Shown here piece by piece: positions 52,701 through 64,000 of a DNA stretch of 64,000 nucleotides. Under the pieces are notes generated by a model. The model made no database searches, had not been told where the DNA came from, and was given only the letters and a program-made list of their open reading frames with translations. Source of the stretch: Vicugna vicugna (Eukaryota); the NCBI GenBank assembly GCA_013265495.1, contig MU058198.1:3484419-3548418 (forward strand), in the 5' to 3' direction. Positions within the stretch are counted from its first letter, which is position 1. The number at the start of each line of letters is the position of its first letter. The position numbers were made by a program, and so were the translations under genes.

Positions 52701-54173
52701 TGTAAGGCAGAGCAGCAGTTTGCCTGGCACATCGAACATAAAAGTAGTATAAATATTGTCAGCTGTTGGGGGAGTTCTTATCATAGAGAGCAGTAGAAAA
52801 TTCAAGAAGAGGAGAAAGCTTGGAGGCAAAGATAGTGAAATCTGCATTGGCTGTGTAGAGTTTGAGATGCCCATGGTATATCCAGGTGTAGGTGTCCAGA
52901 AGGCAATGGGAATAATGAGAAGTCAGGGATGGTGGTAAAGTTTTGGGAGTTATCAATACAAGGCTGTATTTTTCAAAATACTTAAAGCATATTACTGGTG
53001 ATACTCAGAGATTTTAATTGTGTGTGACATTAAATACACGCATGGAAATACACGTGTAAGGTATATATTTTTCCCTTCGATTCTTTTATTCTTCTGATTG
53101 TTAAGGAGAATGTCTCAGTGTGATGCTGTCATGTCTTAGACATCTTTTTAATGCATGCTAATTTCCCTTTTAAATAAAACGATTGAGACAACCTCAGGCT
53201 CAGAACTATGCGGCTGCCAGAATTTAATAGTTTTAATTTTCAGTGTGTTTTTCATGCTTGTCTTCTACTTAGGGCAAATGTTACTAGTTTTCCAGTTCTG
53301 GGGATTATTTCCAATAGGATGCTTTGGTTGTTAATAGCGGAACCCTTACAAGCTGTCGGGAGGTAGGTGGCTGGAGAGTTCATCAGAAGCTTAACAGGGT
53401 TGGGAAAGAGTCAGGATTCTCCTAATTATTTATCTGCCACCCTCCAGGTGTCATCAGTCTTTCCCTTCTTGATCCCAAGAAGGGTGTGGTAAGTACCAAA
53501 AGTCACATCCTCATGGGACAGCATATCTCACAGGACAAAGGATTTGTCTTCAAGTACCTCATGTCATATGTTGGAACTGTGGCAGCTGTTTTGATCGTGA
53601 GGGTCAAGGCTGACATGCTGCTAATGGCAGTGTGGAAGGATGGAAAGGAACTGCTTTCCTCACGATGTCCCTGAGCCACTGAATTAACTGACCTCAGTAT
53701 AGCCCTATCTGTGGTGATTTGGTCTTGTTACACAGTAAATTCTCTTACTATTTAAACCATTTCAAGATGGGTTTTTTTTTTTAATTACTTGCAGCCAAAT
53801 GCGTTCTATCTCATACAGTTTCACATCATCGCCCCAACCTGCTAGGAATTGTTTCTCCTTTTTTCCCCTTGACTGATTATATTTTCTCTTGAGATGGGCC
53901 ATATTTTCCTGGTTTACTGTATGTCGAGCAATTTCAGGTTGTATCCTGGATATTGTGAGTATCATGTTATGGAGACTGGGTTCTGTTGTGTTGCTCTGGA
54001 GAAAGTGGATGTTTTCATCTTAGTACGCTATTAACTTGGTTGGACAGTCAGCTGTCTCTTAGACATCAGCTCTGATGGCCATTCTGTTTTTTATTTTATT
54101 TTTGAGGCTTCCTTGAGGCTGCCCCATGCATACAAGGTTTAAAAGTCAGCCAGACACTTGCAAAGAGTTTATA

Positions 54174-54643
54174 CAAGCAGACCTTGCTTTACTGTGCTTC
54201 ACTTTATTGCACTTCGCAGATACTGCTTTTTTTTTTTTTAAAACAAATCGAAGGTTTGTAGCAACCCTGCGTTTAGCAAGTCTGTTGGCACCATTTTTCC
54301 AACAGCATTTGCTCACTTTGTGTCTCTGTGTCACCTTTTGGTAATTTGCACATTTCAAATGTTTTCATTATTATTATATTTGTTATGGTGATCTGTGATC
54401 AGTAATCTGATGTTACTATTGTAATTGTGTTGGTATTTTTAGTAAGAAAGTATTTTTTAATTAAGATACATACATTGTTCTTTAAGCCATAATGCTGTTG
54501 CACAATTGACAGACTACAGTACAGTGTAGACAGAACTTTGATATGCATGGGGAAACCAAAAAATTTGTGACTCACTTTATTGCAATATTTGCTTTATGGC
54601 GGTGGTCTGGAGCTGAACCCACAATATCTCCGAGGTCTGCCTG
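54174..54643. mobile_element. Tigger1-derived non-autonomous Tc1/mariner element (470 bp)
   Basis: TA TSDs at 54172-73 and 54644-45; TIRs caagcagacct / aggtctgcctg. Confidence 0.9.
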
Positions 54644-57501
54644 TACACAGAAGTTGGGGCTCCTCCTCTCTGGGCTGTCTGTATTCTTGTATTCCATCCT
54701 CACTTTCCGGTATCTATGGTTGACCTGAAATCTGTCCTCTGATTCTAAAGGCAGAAAGACTTAGGGTTCTGTTTTGGAGTTTTAGCTCCCTCTTGGTGCT
54801 GACTGTGGCCTGTTCTCAGGGTGCAAGCTGCAAAATGGCTATTCCTTTCTTTCAAATTTCAGCTCCACCTTCCAGAATCTGCCTTCTTTTTCTCACTCTC
54901 CAGTGTTTTCAGGTGAAATAGAAAATTAAAAAAAATTTTTTGTCCAGAGTCAAACTTGTTATCTGCAGGAAGCTTGGGTTCAGTTGGCGTCTGCTTGACG
55001 ATACCAGAAACAAAAACCTTTAACATATGAGAAAACAGATGCCCAGAGAGGTTAAGCCACTTCTCTAATGTCACAGAGCTGGTAAGCAGCGGAGTCTGGG
55101 CTTAGACGGAGGCTGCTGCACCCAATGTCCAGGCTCCGTCCCGGGTATCTGGCTGCGGATTTGTGCCTCAGAATCGTCTGCCAATTTGGGCTCAGTTTCA
55201 CTTTGGCATGGAAGATGTCTGCCCTGTGAGGGGAGCTGAGGCATCCGCAAAGCTGAGCTGAGCTGAGCAGTTTCTTGGCAGCCTTGGGTCAGTTTTGTCC
55301 CCTTCCAATCAGAATCCATGGACGATCTCTTTGAAAAGGTTGAAATCAATAGACAGTGTTCCAGGCAGAGTTTCAGACAGAAACTTTGTCAGCGCCCAGT
55401 AAGTTACCTAATTATTATTTATTTGGCAATGATTTTACCTAAGTTAAGTCAGTAGTAAGTTGTGGTTAGGAGAGAGGAAGTTCAGAGTTCAGTAAGTTTT
55501 TCTCTCTGCTTTTTTTTTTTAAAACATAAAAGAGGAAGTAACTACCCTTATTTTTGTACCAACCTTGTCACTTATGGATATGGAATAAAATCTTAGCTAA
55601 GCAGAGGTCAAGCTTTGGAAGTTTGTAATAAGGGTCTCCTTTTTCTCCTTTGTGGAACCACTGGCATGACGTTTGTAACTTTCAAACAATGCACAGAGCC
55701 ACAGATAAGAATCCTCATCAGATCTTATGATTTTATGCCCTTAACTTCAGGAACAGAAGTGGTGCCTTCCAAACTAGTCATTTCCAGTTCTCTTTCTTAA
55801 TCATTCTCTCTGTTCAGAGATCTATCTCAACCCCAGGTACTATGTTTCAAGACTCTTGTATTTCTGGAAGTATCTACACCTGCACGATAAAAAAAAAAAA
55901 AGTACTTATTGAGCACCTACTGCATGCCAAATACTAGGGCTGCAGTGACGAACAAGATGGAGGAGGTCCTTGCTCCTTATGTAACTCACATCCTAGTTGA
56001 GGGCAGACAACGAACAAATAAACTAGGGGGAAAAAGATCATTAGAGATTGTGATAAGTCCTGGGACAGAGAAAAACAGAGACTTCTTATCGCAGAAACCT
56101 ATTTGAGGGTGGATGCTGGGATCAACTGGGAGACTTAAGGTAGAACCTCCTCCGTTTCCCATCCTTTACTTCCTTTAGTGGAGAGAGGGTACTTATGGCC
56201 AGGGCCTCTGAGGTCTCTTAATGCCAGAAACAGTGGACGAAGCTGGGCTGGTCACTGAGTTCAGCTGATGCTTCTGCGTTGGTCGGTCTCTCCTTTCTCT
56301 TGTCATAGGTCGTACCCTACACTTTGTTCCCTGCCAGGCTCCATGGAGCTCAGCGAAGCTTCTGGAAAGGCAGACATAAAGCCCAGAATTTGAAAGGCTC
56401 TGCATGTCACGCTAAAAAAAAATCTGCCTTTTCAACTTTGTCTTCACTCTCCATCCCCCTCTTCCTGGGTTCAGAACCCCTACCTGGCCAAATTGCCCTC
56501 AGACTCTAGTGTCCTTTTGAATGCTATCCTTTCTGCTCATATTCCACCAAAGCATCTCTTCTCTTCCCCCACCTAAGTGTAAGCAGGTAAGAGCAGCAAT
56601 TGTTAAAACTCTATTGATTGTAGAGTGCCTGCATTGCAAATGTTAATTATCGCCCCTGGGAAGGGATTAAGCCTGTAGATTTTAGGCTAACAGAATAGCA
56701 AAAAGCCAGGTGTGCCGTGGCTTCCTGTTTCTCAGAGTAGAGACTGCATCTGGGGAGCCGGCAGCCGCAGTCACGTGGCAATAACTCTGGCCAGACTTAT
56801 CTCCATAAACGCATCTCTTCTGTGGATTCTGGGGTCGGCTAGATTTTGTGACTCACCGTGGATGTCCTGCTGTGTCAAAGGGAGAAATTAAATTCATAAG
56901 AAATGCATAGGTATTACCGCATTAGGATGAATTAAATATCATAGGTAAGGTATTAAAGACCTTTTTGGCTTCTTTGACATCCCAGTCTAGGTCCTCCCTC
57001 CCTTCCCCAGAGGTCACCATTGGTGTCTCTGTTTAGAATCTTTTCTCTGTTCATATTTGTATCCGTACAGGTTGGATGATAGAGTTGTGTGTGTGTGTCC
57101 GTGTGCGTGTGTGTGTGTTACTAAGTGGTGTTGTACAGCACCCATCATCCCACAACTAGCCTTTTTACTTCACAGCATCTTGATGAGCAGTCTTTGCCGT
57201 TAGGCTTTTAACAGTGTGCTCCCTGGAGTTCCACAGCACGTCCTTTCTCCCATTTTTATAGCCACACCCCTGTTGAGCAACATTTAGATTGTGTTTTTTT
57301 AGGGGTGGTGTCTATTACAAACAGTACAACAATGAGCCTCCATATGCAGGTCTCACACACATGCAGATGTTTCTCCAGTTACTGGGAAGGAGAATGGCAT
57401 GGCCATGGGGGTCTACATGATTCAGATTTTACTAAGATAGTGCCAGATGTTCTCCACAGTGGCTGGATCCGTGTACACTTCCACCGGCAGTGTGTGTGTC
57501 T

Positions 57502-57594
57502 GTTTATTCATTTATTTATTTAATGGAGGTCCTGAGGATTGAACCCAGGACCTCGTGCATGGTAAGCATGCACTCTACCACTGAGCTAGCTATA
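57502..57594 (-). mobile_element. Vic-1-like SINE missing its extreme 5' end, inside an old L1 fragment
   Basis: gattgaacccaggacctcgtgcatggtaagcatgcactctaccactgagcta matches the other copies. Confidence 0.8.
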
Positions 57595-57741
57595 CTAGTG
57601 AGGTTGAGCATCCTGGTATCTATTTATTGGACAGTTGTATTTCTCCTTCTGTGAATGCCTCCCCCCACCTTTTTTTTTTATATTTTCTTATTGATTTGTA
57701 GGAAGTTTACCTCAATCTACTAGATAACAGTCCTTCACTAG

Positions 57742-58182
57742 TGTCAATGGAAAGAAAACACGCAGTTTAAGTGTCGTGTGTTTAAGTTTTATTCAGGGAC
57801 CTCACTGAGAACTGTAGCCTGGGAGACAGACCCTCAGCAGCTCCAAGGGTACTGCTCTGCAGAGGAAGGGGAGAAACCAGCATACACACATGATTTTCGG
57901 CTAGAGAATACACACAGTCAAGCATACATCTCAGTCAAAGTTTACTGCTAGTCACAACGAACAGGTATCTCTAGTTAGTGATCTTAGTGCTTCTGTATGT
58001 ATGAGCAGATGCAAGGTTCTTGGTTCTTTCAAATTCATCTAACTACCTCAGGAACCTGTTTTTCCCAGGCACAGAGTCTCTCATCCTGAATTCCTCTTAG
58101 GGTCACTGTTGTTAAGCGACTTCAGTGACTAACGACTCCGTCCTTGCAGAACTGGTTGGTGAGCGACATTCCTTGTTTCACA
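57742..58182 (-). mobile_element. Solo LTR (441 bp), antisense to PRKCB
   Basis: TG...CA ends, 4-bp TSD ctag (57738-41 / 58183-86), AATAAA on the minus strand (tttatt 57788-93). Confidence 0.85.
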
Positions 58183-59654
58183 CTAGTCATTTGTGTTTGT
58201 GCTTTGTTCTGGTCTATTTTCATCAAATCCTGAGTCCTGTGTCACTTTGAGATCTGGAATGATAGACTTCCTTATATCGATGTAGCTCTTGAAACCTAAC
58301 AAAATGTTTCCAAGCCGTCTATGATTCCCATTTTAAAGGTGAGAAAACTGAGGCTCAGAGAGCATCAGTGATTAACCCAAGGTCGTTACTTGTGCAGTCA
58401 TGGGTAAAACTTTGAAAGCTTGAGTGGATGTCAAAATAGAAATAGAAATAGACCTGTGCTGTGAGCCACAGGGAGATTATTATCTTTAACCTTTCACTAT
58501 TACCCAGACACTTGCACTTAGTATCTTGAGAGAAAAGTCTGTTTAATTATTCATCTCTTTTCCAAGTAATTGGTGACAAGTCCTCCAGCTGGGAGATGGA
58601 ACAAGCTTTGTTGCTAAAAACGTCCACCACACAGAAGACAGAAGATCCAGCTCCTAAGAATAGTAAATGGAGATCCTCTCCTTGGGCTGAGGGTGGAGGT
58701 CCTGTTTTCTGAGGGTCTCCTTGTATCCTGACAGCAGCTTTTTGATGAAATGCCCTGTGAACAGAAGGCTGGGGAAACTGTCCATGGTCCACATCCATTT
58801 ATCACACTCAGAAATGACTTTGTACCTTTTATTTTTCAGGCCTTAAAGAACTGAAAATCCTTTACAGATAGAGGCAAGGTCAGGGCAGTTCGACAGGATT
58901 TCCAGGGAGCAATGCACTGTCCTGTATCGCAGAATGGGAAACAAAAATTGGACTCAGACTTACACAGTTGGTCTAAGCAGGGACTTCCCTGTACTGGATG
59001 CCAAATGTTGATTTGAAATACTTGGACGTCTGTACCTTGTGACATGTTAGCAGCATTAATAAGAGTTTCTGTTTGTTTGGGCCAGGCACAGTAGTAAGCC
59101 ATACATGTGAATTATCTCATTCAAATTTCATAATAACACATAACGTAGTTTATTGTCCCCACTTTATGGATAATCTGAGACTCAGTTACTCAACTTCCTC
59201 AAGGACATGGAGCAAATAAGTGCCAGGGCTACGATTCCAACTCCAAAAATGTATGCTCTTAATCACTGCACTAATGCTCTGATGTCCATTAACAACCATT
59301 TCCTCTCTGTTTTCTGTTTAGTTCCAGCAATGATAAGTGCTTTTCCAGTAAGATTTTCATAAGGTGGACAGGAGTGGTGTTGAGGGGACTGTGACCATTT
59401 CAGGAGGGGAGTATGTTTATCTCACATGGATGATCGCTGGTAGCTGGTTATAGATCTTGGACTAAATGCTTGAATACAACTGGTCTACCAAGGTCTTTCT
59501 AAATTTGGTTTGAGCTGCCCTGAGTGAATTTCGAAAGATAGGAAAGGGAAAGGGAATTCATACTGATTGAGCTTGACTCTGAAATAGGCATTCTCAGCTC
59601 AAAAATGGAGAAATAAAAGTGAGATGACTTGCTCAGGGTCATTATGGTGGGTTA

Positions 59655-60070
59655 TATTACTGAATCAATTACTGCTTTCTCTGTAAGGGGATTATATATT
59701 CCCACCCATTGCTGTGTGATGTGGAGTATGAGGGATGAACTTTCCTGTTCCTGTTGATGTGGAACGCGGAACGTGGTCACGTGACGCACACTGACCAGTG
59801 GAATGGAGCAGACATGAGATACTCTACATCTAAGCTGAAGCTATGAGCCCCATTGGTTTGGCCATCGCTCTCTTTCCCTCTGCCACAAGACCAAGCAAGG
59901 GCTGTTTCTTCAGCTTGTGTCCTGGCATATAAAAGAGCAAAGCCACAGAGTCACGGACAATTGCAATGATGTGTAGCATGAGCAGGAACTAAAGTTTGCA
60001 TGTCTTAAGCCACTGGCATTTTGGGGTTACTTGTTCTTGCAGCCTTATGTAGCAAAAGCTGACTAAGACA
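59655..60070 (+). mobile_element. MaLR LTR (old MLT1-type)
   Basis: taagccactggcattttggggttacttgtt...aaagctgactaagaca end. Confidence 0.65.
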
Positions 60071-60231
60071 GTCATAGAGCTAGTAACTTGGCTAAGCTGG
60101 AATTTGAATCAGGTTGAATTCCAAATTTTATCCATGTTCTCTACCTTATGCCAATATCCCCTAATAGTCTGCTCTGTGTGTACTCTGTCCTTTAAAATGT
60201 TTTTGTAGTTATGCTGCTTAATTTATATATA

Positions 60232-60403
60232 TATTTTTATTGGAGTATAGTCAGTTTACAATGTGTCAGTTTCTAGCATACAGCATAATGCTTCAGTCAT
60301 ACATGAATATACATATATTTGTTTCCATATTCTTTTTCACCATAGGTTACTACAAGCTATTGAATATGGTTCCCTGTGCTAGACAGTACGAACTTACTGT
60401 TTA
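60232..60403 (-). mobile_element. Artiodactyl-type L1 3' tip
   Basis: ggagtatagtcagtttacaatgtgtcagtttctagcatacagcataatg; same family as 3916-4100. Confidence 0.8.
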
Positions 60404-62469
60404 AAAAATATTTTTTAATGGTTTTTTCATTTCAACAGATTTATTTTAATGGAAACTTTATCACGATATGAATGGAAAAACAATATCACCGTAAAGAATT
60501 CTTAACTATAAAAATGTATATAATTAAAAAAAATAGTATGAAATTCTAGACAGGTACTGTTGGCTGACAAGGATCTGCGTTTGAAACATTCTCTTTCTTT
60601 GTTCTAAAGGGAATCTGGTAAATATTAGAGTGGTGTTCAGAACATGTAAGCACCAAACTGAGACTTTCTCCTTTGATATAATCACGGGGATTGAAAAAGA
60701 ATTGAAAAGAGGACAACTTCCACTTATTATAGTTTGGTATGATTGAATATCCCGACTCTACTCCATCTAAAATTCTTTCAGATACCGCAGGGAGTGAAAC
60801 GTTCCTCACATGGGAAGTTTCCCTCCCTTTAGTTTATATGTAATAACTACAAACTGACACAGCGTGTGCTGTGTGACCGGTATTCCCTAATGTGCTTTAT
60901 GTATTTACTCCGTTGTCAGGGGAGGAAACAGAGGCCGGAGAGGTTAAGCCACTTGCCCCAGCTTGGAAGAGGCAGGGCTGGGATTTAAAGCCAGGAGTGT
61001 CTGATGTTCACTGCTTACTGGGGAGTTTCAGTGAATGAAGCCCCTGGTGTTCGGTTCCCTGGGGCCGGTCAGAGCAGCGGCTTTATAGGGCATCCACGTG
61101 CAGCCATGGCAGCCGGCTGATCAGGACCCTGGCAGGGCTGCCAAGCGCAGCCACACAGCAGGTTCTCATGGGCTGTTTCTGACTGTCCTCGTGGTCCCTT
61201 GTGCATTATTCTGTCTGAGCATCACCCTATGTGTATGAATTAGCTAATTCTTTGTTAGAAACTGCTCCTAAACTGCACAAATGTCTACAGGTCGGCTGGG
61301 CGTTGTTCTGACCGTGGCTGGGCTCGCTCGTGTGTCTGTGGTCAGCTGGCAGGTTTCCTGGAGCCTGGAAGGTCTGGGATGGCCTCACTCCTGTGTCCAG
61401 CACTGGGATGTGTGTTCACTGGAGCAGTAGGGAGATTGGACCCTGTGGGTCTCCTTGTCTAGCAGGATTCCCAGGCTTATTCACGGGTTGAGCAAGCTTC
61501 CACGGTTCTAAGAGCGCAGGCGTGCAGGGACTCTTGGGAATAGATTCCATTTGGCACACAGACTTCTGCTGCATTCTACTGGCCAAAAACCAGTCACAGC
61601 ACATCCTGGAGTCCAGAAGTGGGGGAATGGAAGAGAGGTGTTGCAAAGCCATGCTGCAAAGGATGTGGATACCAGGAGGAATGAAGAGCTGGCCCTCTCT
61701 GCAGCCTACACCCTGGCTCCTTCACTGGCCTCTGAGTTTCAGGAGGCAAAGCGCTGAAGCAGGGTCGCCTCTCTCTCCACGTGCCTGGCCCACCAAGGGG
61801 TGGAATGAACGTGCGCTCTGTCCAGCGTGCCTTCCTCCGTTGCTTGAGTTGGCCAAGCTTGTTCCCACCCCCCTGCCTCTCTGACTCCTCCTTAGCGTTG
61901 TAGCTGCTTCTCGTCAGTTCCAGCGCGGCTCAGCAGCCCCCTCTCTGAGACGCCTCCTCCCTCTACTCTACCTGAGTATCCCTTTCAACGCTCTCTCCTC
62001 ACATCGCCCCTTTTCCTCTTTCATGGCATCTGTAACTGTTCAGAATCATTTGTCCGTCTTCCTCTTCTGGACAGTAAGCGTTAGGGGAGCAGGGCCCTGG
62101 CCTGTCTTGTTCTCTGCTAATTTTCCATCTCGTAGGACAATAGCTGGCACATACTGGATGCTCGACACAGACTGGTCCAGGCGATGACACATCAGTGCCC
62201 GAATGGCGAATGGCATCCCACAGCTCTGCTTGTCGCCCAAGGCCCTGGTCCAGCCGCATCCCTGATTGCAGGAAGTAGTCCTCGGTCGGCCAACTCAGCA
62301 GGGAGAGCTGGCGGGCTTCCCGTGACAGCGCCCTCCAGGTGGCTGCTTTTTTCCCCAAGTCCATGTGGCCTCTCTGGGTCGCAGGCAGGGCTTTTTGGGT
62401 CACAAGTGATGGAAATTCACTCATGCAAACTCAGGCCAAAAGGCAGAAGAGTCGATGGTTAAATGCGAG

Positions 62470-62700
62470 GCCTCTGGAGCTGCTGTGTTGGGATTCCGAT
62501 TCTGGTTCTGCCGTTTCCTAGCTGGGTGTCCTTTGGGGCGTTACTTTATAACTCTCTGTGCCTCAGTTTCCTCACCTTCAAAAAAGCTGGGGTTGGGTGT
62601 TAAAAGGGGGGGGGGGTCATACTATTAGCTGACTCATAGGGTTTTCAGGAACGTGAAAGCGTTTACTGCCGAGCAGATGGTGAGCATCTCTGTGAGCCGC
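62470..62700 (+). mobile_element. MIR SINE
   Basis: ctctctgtgcctcagtttcctcac core. Confidence 0.75.
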
Positions 62701-64000
62701 CGCCACTGTTACTGTTGTTACTGGAGGTTCTTCTGTGTGATCCGGGCTTTGTGCGCGACTGGACGGAAGAACTGGAAAACCATTGGGAGCACCGACAGCT
62801 GTGCTGTCTCTGCCTCTCTTTGTCTGGGCCCTGGGTTCTTTTGTTCCTTCACGTCTGTCTTGTTCTCCTTTTTCTCTGTCTTTCTGGGCCTCTGTTTACT
62901 CCGGAACAGCCATGCTCTTTCGCTGTATCCACACTGTTTCCCAGCTGGATCTGATAGCATCTCTTAGGTCTAATGCTAAGTTTCTGGGATAATCTGATGG
63001 CCTCTCCTTGCGACAGGTGCCCGCCCCCGGGCCATTCAGGTGTGTGTGTGTGTGTGTGTGTGTATGGTGGATACGGAAGACACTGTAGCTGGGATCTCGC
63101 CCCTCTGGTTTTCAGAGAAGTCTTCTGAGGATGAGCAGAGACCCAAAAGATGTCAGCGAAAGGCTGCTGTTATCGGTATATCTCCTTCAAGGCTACTTTT
63201 CTGCCTGCTTCTCAAGGCTCTCAAATATACAGTCCCACTTAGCCTCACCAAAGTTATTATTTTTAAAATTCTTCCCGGCACACTTACCTCTAATTATGCT
63301 GGATTCCTGCCTTCTGCCTCTGTAAATCACTTGGTCATTTCCTGATCTTATATTTGGCTGTCAGGAAGGTGGAAACGTCACAAAATCTCTGAATTTCAAG
63401 GTTGGATGGGAGAACTTGGATTCTTTGCTTATAACGAGCACACACCTACACCCACACATTCATGACTGACTAAAATAGTATTAGGCAAAGACATCAGTTC
63501 CGCAGCTTTCTGATTTCACCAGCAATGTGTCTTTCCATGTGAGTATACAGACATTAAAAGGAATGGGCAGCATATGGGGGAGTTTCATTGTACGCGGGAA
63601 CGAAGAGTTCTTGAACCTGGCTTCAGCCGTCCAGCTTGTCTGTGTACTTTATAAGTAATGGATGTGGAAGTCCCATGGAACACTTTGGCTGGAGTCTGCC
63701 TATCACTGGTTAGAGGTGAACCGTGACACCTCATGTTACAGACTGGGGTTCACAAATTCACGTTCTTACAGGAGCCAGGCAGATACCTTAATTGAATGAA
63801 GCATCCTAGGTATGAGAAATACCAGTATATTAAACCATAAGAATTTTCTTCACTTATACAGAGAAGTATGCAACTTTTGGAAACATACACGTTTCTTTTT
63901 TTTTTTTAATACAGTCCTTATTTTTTTCACTTTTTTTATAGAGACATGGGTACAGAAGAATGTTTATTTTCTTTCAAGTATACCAGAGGGAAAATAATAG

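Noticed and set aside
62326..62345. Overlapping weak CTCF-like matches
   Set aside because: Only 11-12/14 to the consensus, which is likely by chance in 64 kb.

Overview
Mammalian genomic DNA, most likely camelid (inferred from five tRNA-derived SINEs resembling Vic-1 and artiodactyl-type L1 3' ends). The only protein-coding sequence I can support is the 5' end of PRKCB (protein kinase C beta, + strand): a CpG-island promoter, coding exon 1 (33756-33928) and the 32-nt exon 2 (34964-34995). About 33 kb of repeat-rich upstream DNA precedes it and about 29 kb of intron 2 follows. Repeats include L1, L2, MIR, MaLR/ERV LTRs, hAT and Tigger elements and microsatellites; family names come from memory of consensus sequences, not from a search. 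The supplied ORFs are almost all spurious or L1 remnants. I found no evidence of a new multi-gene system. The strongest observations are (i) a recent templated insertion flanked by a 46-bp duplication in intron 2, (ii) four oriented CTCF-consensus motifs suggesting a boundary and a promoter-enclosing loop, one inside a CpG-rich old L1, (iii) a diverged ~95-bp direct repeat bracketing two LTR pieces, and (iv) several candidate haematopoietic enhancer motif clusters.
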